50,710 nucleotides of DNA. It comes from a virus (lineage: Duplodnaviria; Caudoviricetes). Made by a program: the position numbers and the translations under genes. Position 1 is the first letter of the stretch, and each line of letters starts with the position of its first letter. Positions 34,874 to 43,791 of the stretch are shown one piece after another. The notes beneath the pieces were generated by a model that worked only from the letters and a program-made list of their open reading frames with translations, made no database searches and was not told the DNA's origin. The DNA is taken from IMG/VR virus record IMGVR_UViG_3300028610_000533, positions 1 through 50,710 of that record. One strand, given 5' to 3'.

Positions 34874-36342
34874 TGCCTAAATCAGACCAACAACTATTCC
34901 TCGACAAGTACAAGCCCGACCCGATAGGGTTCGAGTGTGAGGTGCTGGACGTCAAGCGAGAACACATCTGGCATAAGATGGTAGAGGTAGCGGAAGGTGT
35001 AAGGGACCATCAGAAGACTTGTGTATTCGCAGGGCACGGAGTATCGAAGACATTCAATCTTGCCAGAATAGCATTGTGGTTCTTATACACCCATATCCCC
35101 AGCACGGTAATAACCACAGCCCCGATATTCGACCAGGTAGAGAAGCTTCTCTGGAAGGAGATGCACACAGCCCATTCACAGGCCCGTATACCTTTGGGCG
35201 GCAAGATGACCAAAACCCAGCTTGATGTAGACCCTGAGGCTAAGTGGTTCGCCTACGGGTTCAGTACGAAGGCTGACACGGTAACAGGTGAAGCAACGAG
35301 GATGCAGGGCTATCATAATAAGTATGTGCTGATTATCTTCGATGAGGCTGCTGGTATTCCCTCTGCGATATGGAAGGCATCCGATCATCTGCTCACTAAC
35401 CCCAATTGCAAGATAGTAGCGGTTGGCAATCCTACTGCTTCACAAGGTTCTTTCGCTGAGTGTGAAGATGACCCAACATGGCACTTCATCCGGATAAGTG
35501 TTAAAGATACCCCCAATTTCAAGGAGGATAAGGAGGTCATACCGGAGGTGTCAGGCAGGTCGTATGAGGAAATGATACGCCGGAAGTACGGGGAGGAATC
35601 TATTGAGTATGGGGTTAGGGTAGATGGCAGGAAACCGGAATACACACAAGGGACGTATCTGGGTAAGTGGTTGAGTGAGATAGAGGATAAGGGACAGGTT
35701 GGTTCTATCTCCCACGAGCCGGGGGCAAAGGTTTTCACAATATGGGATTATGGCAACGTATATAATGCGATATGGTTCGTGCAGCTTATCCGAGAGCAGA
35801 TACGATTGATTGACTTCTACTTTGACGGTGAGGGATTGGGGTTGCCTAAGTATGCCCTTATCCTCAAAAATAAACCCTACATCTATGACGACAACTTTGC
35901 AGGGGCTGATATGTGGGGTTCTAACGCAAAGAGCGGTCAGACAGGACTGAACACGGTTGACGTTGCTAAAGAGCTCGGTATCAATTTCAGGATGGTCCCC
36001 GATGTGTCTGTGAGGGACCGCATCGAGGCGGCGCGTGGTATAATTCACAAGTGCTGGTTCTCCGAAGAAGCGAGGGAGGGCTTTGTGGGCTTGAAGAACT
36101 GGCGACAGCGCAAGAATGAAGCATTGAGCACACCCGACAAGCCTGTGTACTTCCAGGAGGCGGTAAAGGACTGGACCCGGCATGTAGGGGACGCTTTCAG
36201 TCATTTGGGAGTAGTGTATCGGTATATGTCTGTGTTGGGTGAGACGTTCGGGCAGACTTCAAAAGACTTACCAGTACAGCAATCACATAGCAGTTACGAC
36301 AACTGTGTTCTAACCCGTGGACTCGGAAGGAGGACGGCATGA
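34873..36342 (+). CDS. terL: Terminase large subunit
   Basis: Walker A-like AGHGVSKT, Walker B LIIFDEA, coupling motif VGNP, nuclease motifs WDYG and HVGDAF. Confidence 0.9.
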   Translation: MPKSDQQLFLDKYKPDPIGFECEVLDVKREHIWHKMVEVAEGVRDHQKTCVFAGHGVSKTFNLARIALWFLYTHIPSTVITTAPIFDQVEKLLWKEMHTAHSQARIPLGGKMTKTQLDVDPEAKWFAYGFSTKADTVTGEATRMQGYHNKYVLIIFDEAAGIPSAIWKASDHLLTNPNCKIVAVGNPTASQGSFAECEDDPTWHFIRISVKDTPNFKEDKEVIPEVSGRSYEEMIRRKYGEESIEYGVRVDGRKPEYTQGTYLGKWLSEIEDKGQVGSISHEPGAKVFTIWDYGNVYNAIWFVQLIREQIRLIDFYFDGEGLGLPKYALILKNKPYIYDDNFAGADMWGSNAKSGQTGLNTVDVAKELGINFRMVPDVSVRDRIEAARGIIHKCWFSEEAREGFVGLKNWRQRKNEALSTPDKPVYFQEAVKDWTRHVGDAFSHLGVVYRYMSVLGETFGQTSKDLPVQQSHSSYDNCVLTRGLGRRTA

Positions 36343-36506
36343 AGTGTTATATCTGTAAAAGTAAGCTTACATCTCAAAGGGCTAAGTGTGAGGGCTATAA
36401 GGGTCATGTATGCGAGAATTGTGACAAACCTGTACCTTTCAGAACATGCAGAGGATCGGGCACTTATTTAGCGGTGTATAAAAGTATGGTTATCCAGATA
36501 GCATGA
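36339..36506 (+). CDS. Small Zn-finger protein
   Basis: MKCYIC...CENC; AGGAGG SD; ATGA overlap with terL. Confidence 0.5.
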   Translation: MKCYICKSKLTSQRAKCEGYKGHVCENCDKPVPFRTCRGSGTYLAVYKSMVIQIA

Positions 36507-36516
36507 GGACAGTATA

Positions 36517-36678
36517 ATGGTAGGTGTATTTGTTGGGATATTTGGCACGATGATGGTTCTAGGTGTTTATCTCGGGCACCAGATTGACAAGCTAAGACGG
36601 AGGGTGAAACATTTAGAGAACCAGTTGTGGCAGGAGAATATGCCCGTGGAAGATGATATTAGAAGGCGGACGGCATAG
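36517..36678 (+). CDS. Small single-TM protein
   Basis: MVGVFVGIFGTMMVLGVYLG...; GAGG SD. Confidence 0.45.
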   Translation: MVGVFVGIFGTMMVLGVYLGHQIDKLRRRVKHLENQLWQENMPVEDDIRRRTA

Positions 36679-36832
36679 AATGGCGTGTACAAGATGTAGC
36701 AGGTTTATGATGTTCATGGCGAGGCACTTCGGCAAGAAGCATGTCTCCATTGATGACGGATATGAGTGCGTGACTTACTCATTCAGAGGCCAGATGTATG
36801 TATGGAAGTTCAATAAGATATAGGGAGGCCAA

Positions 36833-37102
36833 ATGGAAACGAGCGATGACCCCAATACATTGTTAGCTGGTTTATTCAGTAAAGGCGGTGGATTACTGCA
36901 AGGTGCTGGACGTGACCTGTTCGGTGGTGACGAAAGACCGCCCGTAGCCACCGCAGAGCCCGAAACACCAACAAGAACAGCCACTGCCCAGCCCCAGTTA
37001 TCAGAACAGGCAAGGAGAAACCGCAGGCGGCGCAGTGCTTCGGTATTGTCACAGAACTTTGCTCCTCCGACACTCGGTACGGGCGGACAGTTAGGGATAT
37101 AG
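36833..37102 (+). CDS. Small virion assembly protein (T7 gp7.3-like position)
   Basis: GGAGG SD; Pro linker, Arg run and C-terminal LG, directly before the portal. Confidence 0.55.
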   Translation: METSDDPNTLLAGLFSKGGGLLQGAGRDLFGGDERPPVATAEPETPTRTATAQPQLSEQARRNRRRRSASVLSQNFAPPTLGTGGQLGI

Positions 37103-37103
37103 C

Positions 37104-38879
37104 ATGAGTATAACTGCATGGCAAAACAGAAAGCTATTCGACCGGATATTTGATCGGTGGAAAGAAAAGGACCATGATTACGGCACAGCAAACCGTAACC
37201 GTGAGACAATCTCCACGTTCTTCCGAAGTGACGAGATCATTGAAACAGACGATAAAGGGCGGTTGGTGGGGCAGGAGATATTCAACGGCAGCGGTTCGTG
37301 GTTCTCCCGTATGATGGCGAACGGCTTTCAGGGTTCTCTGGTGTCGAAGAATATATCATGGATTCGTTACCAGATGGAACAGTTTGAGTTGAAGGGTGTC
37401 GATCAGCTTGACGCATGGTTGCAGCGTGTCAAGAGGTATATGGCGGATGTTTACCAGCGGTCGAACTTTTACGACATTCAGCCCCAATTCACTCACGATG
37501 GAGTAACTACAGGGAGCCCGGTCATATTCGGGGAGGAGAACATTCTTGAGCAAAGGATAATGTGGCAGCCCCAGCATTTCAAGAATGTGCGGGTTTACTA
37601 TAACAAATGGAACCTCGCCGAAGGCGTGATAGTCCGTGACAGGACGTGGACCGCAAAGCAGTTGATGGATGAATTTGTAGGTCCCGACGACGAAGCGGGT
37701 ACTAAGCGAAAAGAGATTCTAAGCCAGAACGCCAACTCGTCCATCAACGCAGGACAGCTTGACGACCTGTTTACAGTCTACAGGGCGGTGTTTAAGAGAA
37801 CCGATCCTATTTGGGACGGGCGGGGCGAGGGAGCTTTTAAGCGTCCGCAGGGGGACCATGAGTGGCTGACTGCATGGTTTGAGGATTTGGTGGACGCAGA
37901 CGCCCGAAAGAAAGACCGACCATTGAATGAGAATATGGGCGACTTCTCACAACCGTTCTCTATATGGAACTTCGACAAGAAACCGTGGGAAGCCACAAGC
38001 AGGACACCCGCATTTTACGCACTATGGGACAATCTGAGCTTACAGCAACTCGACAAGAACTACATCGAAGACATGCAAACCCAAAACAGAAGACCCGTGA
38101 TAGCAATGAAGACCATGAACGGCAGACTAAAGTTGGGGCCAGAAGGTGAAATGTTTGTGAGCGAGGCAGAATATGATCGCCCACCCAAACCCATTGACCG
38201 TATCAGCGGCCTACAGTTCAATCTTGACTGGATGGAGAATAAAGAGGAAGCTTTACGCAGGTGGTTCTTTGTGGATATGTTCCAGATGTTCTCCCAACTG
38301 GCGACGGACAACAAGCAGCCCGTAAGTGCCCAGCAGATATGGCGGATGGCGGGCGAGAAGTCCACGCAGTTAAGCCCCGCCGTAGAAACTCACAGCGCCC
38401 ATCTTGAAACAAGCGACGCCCGCATGATCGATATAGAAGCCCGTGCAGGCAGGGGTCCTTTTGCTCCCGATGAGATGGCGAACGTGACGGATATTGTGGT
38501 TAGCCAGCTTGGAAGAAATGCCCGCACAATTGGTATCCAGCCCGTATTCATAGGTCCTCTTGCCCAGGCCCAAAAAGTCAGCCAGGCACTCGAACCCATC
38601 CAGACGGGACTTGAAGCCGCCCGACCTGTTATAGAGATATTCCCAGAGGCCCGTCACGCTTACCGTCCTTACAAGATCATAGAACTGCAAAACGAGGCGA
38701 TTGACTTCCCCCAGGAAGCGGTTGTACCAGAAGAAGAGTGGCAAAAGATCGTACAATCCGAGAGACAGGCTCTCGCCCAACAGCGACAGGCGGAACTGGC
38801 TATTGAAATGGCAAAGGCTGCTCCGAGTGTAAGCGGTGAAGTGAATGAGAGCAGTATTTTAGCGAAGGTGGCGGGATGA
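37104..38879 (+). CDS. Portal / head-to-tail connector
   Basis: 591 aa; MANGFQGSLVS...W, YQRSNFY, PF....DKKPWE..SR.P, EEALRRWFFVDMF, VSAQQI..MAGEK...LSP and FIGPLAQAQK match the T7/BPP-1 portal pattern. Confidence 0.85.
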   Translation: MSITAWQNRKLFDRIFDRWKEKDHDYGTANRNRETISTFFRSDEIIETDDKGRLVGQEIFNGSGSWFSRMMANGFQGSLVSKNISWIRYQMEQFELKGVDQLDAWLQRVKRYMADVYQRSNFYDIQPQFTHDGVTTGSPVIFGEENILEQRIMWQPQHFKNVRVYYNKWNLAEGVIVRDRTWTAKQLMDEFVGPDDEAGTKRKEILSQNANSSINAGQLDDLFTVYRAVFKRTDPIWDGRGEGAFKRPQGDHEWLTAWFEDLVDADARKKDRPLNENMGDFSQPFSIWNFDKKPWEATSRTPAFYALWDNLSLQQLDKNYIEDMQTQNRRPVIAMKTMNGRLKLGPEGEMFVSEAEYDRPPKPIDRISGLQFNLDWMENKEEALRRWFFVDMFQMFSQLATDNKQPVSAQQIWRMAGEKSTQLSPAVETHSAHLETSDARMIDIEARAGRGPFAPDEMANVTDIVVSQLGRNARTIGIQPVFIGPLAQAQKVSQALEPIQTGLEAARPVIEIFPEARHAYRPYKIIELQNEAIDFPQEAVVPEEEWQKIVQSERQALAQQRQAELAIEMAKAAPSVSGEVNESSILAKVAG

Positions 38880-39007
38880 AGAAACATGACTGGCAGGCGC
38901 AAAGAGATGATAAGAATCCCGGTTATATTAAATGGGTTTGTTTGGTCTGCGGTATAGAAAAAAGAGGGATGAGTACACGAGTTGATGGTAAGTGTAAGGA
39001 GTAAATA

Positions 39008-39097
39008 ATGCCAAGGCACACAAAAGCAAAAAGAGCGGAGAACCGAAAGAACCGGAAGGCTGCAAAGAAAGCTGTGCGGAAGGCAAGGCGTAAATGA
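39008..39097 (+). CDS. 29-aa basic peptide MPRHTKAKRAENRKNRKAAKKAVRKARRK
   Basis: AAGGAG SD; ATGA-coupled to the next gene. Confidence 0.55.
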   Translation: MPRHTKAKRAENRKNRKAAKKAVRKARRK

Positions 39098-39408
39098 TCC
39101 AATCCAACTTCAAACCCAACTTCACAAGTAAGCAACTGAAACGCAGAGCCAGGGACCAGCAGAGGCAGGTTCAAGAGGTTAAGCAGATGACCATGAATGC
39201 TGTATTGTGGCAGATCATCATGGAACACGCTAAACCGGAAGATGGTGAAGAGGGTGTACTCACAGTGCCTTGTGATGAGATTAAGGGTGTACCCCTGAAT
39301 TTCAGCCTGGACGTACAGAGTGAGCCGGATTCAACTACTGTTCAAATAGTGGCTTCGACAATGAAACCAAAGAGTAGTATTGTTGGATTGGACGGGAAGG
39401 CTTTGTGA
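39094..39408 (+). CDS. Hypothetical protein
   Basis: Coupled ORF. Confidence 0.55.
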   Translation: MIQSNFKPNFTSKQLKRRARDQQRQVQEVKQMTMNAVLWQIIMEHAKPEDGEEGVLTVPCDEIKGVPLNFSLDVQSEPDSTTVQIVASTMKPKSSIVGLDGKAL

Positions 39409-39677
39409 CCAGAGGCGAACACATTACAAGGCTATACGTAGCAGGTGGGCCGAACCTTCTCGCCTACAGGCTCGGCCACATCTTTACGCGCATTGAGAAT
39501 GATGAACAGCGAGCCCTGCACAATGACGCATTGGCCGAGGTGCTGGAAATGACCAACGGCAAGGAGACAAAGCTGTTGCAGTTTATCAGCGAATCACTGG
39601 TATATCAGAAGCCCCGCCGCAAGAGGTTTCTGTTTCGGGTAGCTGAGAAGATATTGGAATTAGGACGGACGAAATGA
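39405..39677 (+). CDS. Hypothetical protein (Bbp19-like position between portal and scaffold)
   Basis: Size, helical character and synteny only. Confidence 0.45.
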   Translation: MTRGEHITRLYVAGGPNLLAYRLGHIFTRIENDEQRALHNDALAEVLEMTNGKETKLLQFISESLVYQKPRRKRFLFRVAEKILELGRTK

Positions 39678-40027
39678 CTGAGAATAATGTTATCAAATGG
39701 GCCATGTGCGATATACAGGGCTCAAGTGCGATATCATTAAATCGTGACCGACCTTATGATGGTCAATCTCATACGGAAGTCGGAGAGCGGGGCAAGCAGG
39801 AAGTTTCTGGTGTAACAATGAGAGATGTTTCAGATTGTATCGTGCGAGCATTTCTGAGTTGCGGCGGCATTGATAGAGAGTGCCCCATCCGAGACGATAT
39901 TTATACTATCGATCTAAACGAAATAGACCCCGGTGCTGTAATAAAAAATACAGTCTGCAACATTGAAAGATTAATGGGTATTTACCCGAATGTTCCTGGA
40001 TTAGACTTAGGAGAGGTAAGGCCATGA
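39674..40027 (+). CDS. Hypothetical protein
   Basis: Coupled ORF. Confidence 0.55.
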   Translation: MTENNVIKWAMCDIQGSSAISLNRDRPYDGQSHTEVGERGKQEVSGVTMRDVSDCIVRAFLSCGGIDRECPIRDDIYTIDLNEIDPGAVIKNTVCNIERLMGIYPNVPGLDLGEVRP

Positions 40028-40221
40028 ACGGTAACGGTGTAAGTAAAAAAGTAACTATTCTCATGCTGGCTATAAATTCCGTCGTAGGTTTGGCGGGAAG
40101 CGCAGAGGATAAATGGCCTTACGCAATTGTAGTAGGGGTCATGTTCATTGCATACGTGACGATAAGAGCATTTACTGAAAGGAATACAAGTGGCAAAGAA
40201 ATCGAAACCCCAGTGCGGTAA
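40024..40221 (+). CDS. Two-TM small membrane protein (holin-like)
   Basis: Two hydrophobic segments and a charged C-terminus; GAGG SD. Confidence 0.5.
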   Translation: MNGNGVSKKVTILMLAINSVVGLAGSAEDKWPYAIVVGVMFIAYVTIRAFTERNTSGKEIETPVR

Positions 40222-40402
40222 TTGCACATACTCGCGGACTGTCGTGAATCCGAGTTACAAGGCGGCGGGCGTAGAATGTCACCGTTACCCCCCACAACAG
40301 GAAGAGTCTTCGCAAAGGCCGGGACCGTGCCCCTTCCCCGTGGTAAGTCCGGAACAATGGTGTGGTGAACATAAGGAGAAGAACGATGTCAAGAAAGAGT
40401 AA
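40190..40402 (+). CDS. Small Cys-rich protein
   Basis: CGNC...CHRYPP...FPVV....WCGEH family motif. Confidence 0.65.
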   Translation: MAKKSKPQCGNCTYSRTVVNPSYKAAGVECHRYPPQQEESSQRPGPCPFPVVSPEQWCGEHKEKNDVKKE

Positions 40403-40844
40403 GCCAAAAACGCAGGACAAGCAGGAAATCCCTGCGGGGTTGTACGACCGGGCGAGAAAGAAAATCGGAATGGGTCTTGTCCAGATAAAGCAGTTCAAAA
40501 ACGCTGCGTCGCTCAAGATGTACTGCGATAGTCTTTCGCCGCAAACAAACCCGGACGCTCGACCGAAGAAGGGCAAGGTTGCCGAAGCGCCAAAGGTTGA
40601 TAACTCAATGCCCGACAGGTTTGAAATCGATTCCAAAATGGAAACGACTGTCATACGAAACCGGGCACAGTTCGACGAGGCAAACAAACAGGTAGAGCTT
40701 TGCAGGATCAGGCGGGTATATGGGAGGGTTGAGCCTGTTAGGATCATATCCGATTCGTGCATGGTCCCGGTTCATGGCAAGAATAAACTTAAACAAAATG
40801 CAAGATTGCTTGTAACACACTATACAATTATTATGAGGGAGTAG
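40386..40844 (+). CDS. Hypothetical protein
   Basis: AAGGAG SD before ATG 40386. Confidence 0.5.
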   Translation: MSRKSKPKTQDKQEIPAGLYDRARKKIGMGLVQIKQFKNAASLKMYCDSLSPQTNPDARPKKGKVAEAPKVDNSMPDRFEIDSKMETTVIRNRAQFDEANKQVELCRIRRVYGRVEPVRIISDSCMVPVHGKNKLKQNARLLVTHYTIIMRE

Positions 40845-40848
40845 ACGG

Positions 40849-41163
40849 ATGGGGCGATACCGAAAAAAACCGGTAGTTATCGAAGCATGGCAATGGTTGT
40901 TTTCTGACGAACAAGAAGAATGTCCTGAGTGGGTTAATGCCGCTGCTATTAAATGGCCAGAGCAAGGCAGTTTATGTTTTGAGCCCAACCATAGCTATGG
41001 AGCAAGAATAAGTATTTGTACACTTGAGGGAGTTATGTGTGCAGTGCCCGGAGATTTTATAATCCAAGGGGTGCAGGGAGAGATATATCCCTGTAAGCCG
41101 GATATTTTTGAACAAACTTATGAATTGGTACATGAAGGAGAAATGGTATGCCGGAATGGGTAA
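40849..41163 (+). CDS. PGDYG-like conserved phage protein (candidate nucleotide-signal sponge)
   Basis: YRKKPVVIEA.Q...TLEG....PGDFIIQGVQGEIYPCKPDIFEQTYE. Confidence 0.75.
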   Translation: MGRYRKKPVVIEAWQWLFSDEQEECPEWVNAAAIKWPEQGSLCFEPNHSYGARISICTLEGVMCAVPGDFIIQGVQGEIYPCKPDIFEQTYELVHEGEMVCRNG

Positions 41164-41942
41164 ACGAATTTGAACACTCCGCTATCACAGTGGATAACAG
41201 GGAAGCTTTCAATACGTCGATGGAGAAGTTCCAGACCGTCAATGATGCGGCTGTGGGATACATGGAACTACAGAAATCCGCAGGTAAGCCGTTCAAGATG
41301 CCGGATAGCATGGACAAACTGCCCGATGACGCTTCGCGGGCTGATTTCCGATCACAGGCACACAAACTGATGGGGACCGCGCCAATCAAGAGCATCGACG
41401 AACTGGCCGATATGAACTTCAAAGAGGGCCTCGGTGACGATGCGGTTGTCAATCAGGATTTCGTAACTCTGTTCAAAAAGTGGGGCGTTGAGTCTGGCAT
41501 GACCAAACCGGCGTTAGCCCAGATGGTCAAGTTCTACAACGGGCAACTCGCCGACTTCTCAGGCGGGGTTCAAGAGACACAGGCAAAGAAAGCCCTTGAG
41601 GACAAGCAGGCGACCATCACCGCAACCAACGAAGCAATGAAGACCCACCTGGGCGGTGCGGATAAACTTGAGGAGCAGACCGTTTTGCTCCACAGGGCCC
41701 TGCTGAATAACGTCGGAGCCACGGCGGAAGAAGCCGAAGGGTTGGCGACGTTTATGAAAGAAGGCGAAGGGGCGACTAATGCGGTTCTTCGGAGAACGCT
41801 GTTTAAGGTTCTCGCTCCTCTTGCCGCTGAAACAGGCAGTAAAAAAGCAGGTGAAGGCGGAGAACCGCCAGCACAGATAGACCCCGACGCCGGATCGCCT
41901 TCTTACATAGCTTTAGGTTGGAGTGAAAAAGCATCCGCGTAG
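41148..41942 (+). CDS. Capsid scaffolding protein
   Basis: KFQTVNDAAVGYMELQKSAGK motif; acidic and helical; lies before the major capsid gene. Confidence 0.75.
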   Translation: MPEWVNEFEHSAITVDNREAFNTSMEKFQTVNDAAVGYMELQKSAGKPFKMPDSMDKLPDDASRADFRSQAHKLMGTAPIKSIDELADMNFKEGLGDDAVVNQDFVTLFKKWGVESGMTKPALAQMVKFYNGQLADFSGGVQETQAKKALEDKQATITATNEAMKTHLGGADKLEEQTVLLHRALLNNVGATAEEAEGLATFMKEGEGATNAVLRRTLFKVLAPLAAETGSKKAGEGGEPPAQIDPDAGSPSYIALGWSEKASA

Positions 41943-42113
41943 GCGGGCAATGCTCTTAATAAAAAAAATTGAGATAACATAGTCATTGACTGTGCCTTGC
42001 GACAGCCGGAAAGACGGCGACGCACAGCAAGCGTATTGCAAGGTGGAAGCCCGGAACATCGGACAACTTCTCCCGAAATAATCGAAACAATTATTTATTT
42101 CAGGAGAACAACA

Positions 42114-43199
42114 ATGGCAACAAGAACGACTGCGACCATAGGCAACATTTTCGACTTACTGAAAGTGAAATTGCCTGATGGTTCCGCAATAGACTCAATT
42201 GTAAACGCCCTGAGTGAGCGCGATGATTTCATGCGCTTTCTTCCAGCACTCCCGGCCAACAACGGCCTGACCCATCACGGGGTAAGGACTGTTTCGCTTC
42301 CTACCGGATTCCTGGTGGATATAGGCGGAAGTTGGAAGGCGTCCAAATCCCAGAGAGAGCCTTTCGTAGAAGGTCTGGCAACAATCCGCTCCACATTTCA
42401 GGCCCCAAGGGATACGTTTACCACGGAGAAACCGGAAGTAGGAAAGACGCTTCTCCGGTCGGAAAAAATCAACCACGTTATGACCCTTAATCAGAATTTG
42501 AGCAATCTCATGCTCAATGGCAGCAGTACCACGTCGAGTCAGGTTCTTACCTCTGGTACGAATCAGAGCAGTATCGTCGGCATAGCCGAACGTGACCCAT
42601 ATCTGACCATTGATAACAAGTTCACATTCGATGTCGGCGGTTCGGGTACGAATCTGAGAAGTGCATGGCTGATGAAGCCGGGAGTTGACACACTTCACAT
42701 GCTGTTCAACCCCAACCACCCAACCCTCGGTATCGAGCAAGAGGATATGGGGCTTGTTCATATTGATGGCCTTGGCACAAGCAATGATGAGCACCGATGG
42801 GATATTGTCATCGAGTTCGCTTTACAGAAGGGTATTTTCATCCGTGACCAGCGAGCCCTCAAGAGGATTGCAAATGTGCCGGTAGGCCCGACAGATATTC
42901 CGGGTGCGGCCATGATTGAGCAGATTATCAATGCCAGTATTATCAATGCCCCCACTGGTGGGGTAATGCAGGTAGAGGCCGAAGGTCGTAAGACCGACAC
43001 GCCCGCCCCGTGGCTGCTCATGTGTGACGAGCGGTTGTTTGCGAAGCTGGTCATTGAGGCAAATAACAAACTCATGGTATTCAGGTCCCCGGAAAACATC
43101 TACCGGACAGACCTTCCGATGATCGGGCACAATATCATTATCGCCCGGTGGGATGCTCTGAATCGTGATCTTTCAGACGGCGAGGCTCCGGTATCTTAA
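42114..43199 (+). CDS. Major capsid protein (BPP-1 Bbp17-like)
   Basis: IVNALSERDDFM..LP...ANNGLTH..VRTVSLP, GGSGTNLRSAWL and IFIRDQRALKRIANV motifs; AGGAG SD. Confidence 0.85.
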   Translation: MATRTTATIGNIFDLLKVKLPDGSAIDSIVNALSERDDFMRFLPALPANNGLTHHGVRTVSLPTGFLVDIGGSWKASKSQREPFVEGLATIRSTFQAPRDTFTTEKPEVGKTLLRSEKINHVMTLNQNLSNLMLNGSSTTSSQVLTSGTNQSSIVGIAERDPYLTIDNKFTFDVGGSGTNLRSAWLMKPGVDTLHMLFNPNHPTLGIEQEDMGLVHIDGLGTSNDEHRWDIVIEFALQKGIFIRDQRALKRIANVPVGPTDIPGAAMIEQIINASIINAPTGGVMQVEAEGRKTDTPAPWLLMCDERLFAKLVIEANNKLMVFRSPENIYRTDLPMIGHNIIIARWDALNRDLSDGEAPVS

Positions 43200-43239
43200 T
43201 CGGGGTTTAACAACTTTTTAATCTAAAGGAGTAATCGAA

Positions 43240-43740
43240 ATGATTATACCAGCATTAGGAAAACTGTCGGTCGCACAGGCAATCACAGCAGCCGACGAAG
43301 ATAGTACCAATGTAATCCAGTTGCCCGCAGCGGATTATATCGGTTTTACTGATTTGTGGTGGGTTGTCGATACCGCCGTTATCGCAGCGGGCGATGGGTC
43401 GGATACGTTTGCGTTTTCCCTGGTAATGTCACAGGAAGCTGCACTGACCACGAACAAGGTCATTGCATCTGTGAGTATTACCGGCATTGCCGACTTGCGC
43501 CTTGCAACGATAGGCAGGCATATTGTCGCCCTGAACGTAGGGACGATGATCGCCAACATGCTCGACACAGACGCATCTGACTTCCCGTTCATCGGGCAGA
43601 TAAATGTTCTGTCGGCAGGTGCGACTGTCTCAATCAACAGCGTACTGTCTACCAGTTACCCCAGAACAGAGCCTCACAGAATGGTAGTGGATTCAAATGT
43701 GACTGTTCCGGAAGTAGCTTCGGCGGGATCAGGATTCTAA
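43240..43740 (+). CDS. Capsid cement/decoration protein (Bbp16-like)
   Basis: MII....LSVAQAITA...STNVIQL N-terminus; follows the major capsid gene. Confidence 0.7.
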   Translation: MIIPALGKLSVAQAITAADEDSTNVIQLPAADYIGFTDLWWVVDTAVIAAGDGSDTFAFSLVMSQEAALTTNKVIASVSITGIADLRLATIGRHIVALNVGTMIANMLDTDASDFPFIGQINVLSAGATVSINSVLSTSYPRTEPHRMVVDSNVTVPEVASAGSGF

Positions 43741-43747
43741 CAATGTT

Positions 43748-43779
43748 GAGGGTGGCCTTCACCGGCCCCCTCGTTTTTT
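43748..43779 (+). terminator. Intrinsic terminator after the capsid genes
   Basis: GAGGGTGGCC...GGCCCCCTC plus T6. Confidence 0.75.
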
Positions 43780-43791
43780 AAGGAGCACAAA

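Noticed and set aside
41997-42113. Extended N-termini given by the ORF track (capsid 41997, terL 34768, 4187, 46189, 19818, 15664, 27755)
   Set aside because: Downstream ATGs have the SD sequences or gene coupling and match family N-termini, so the starts were reassigned.
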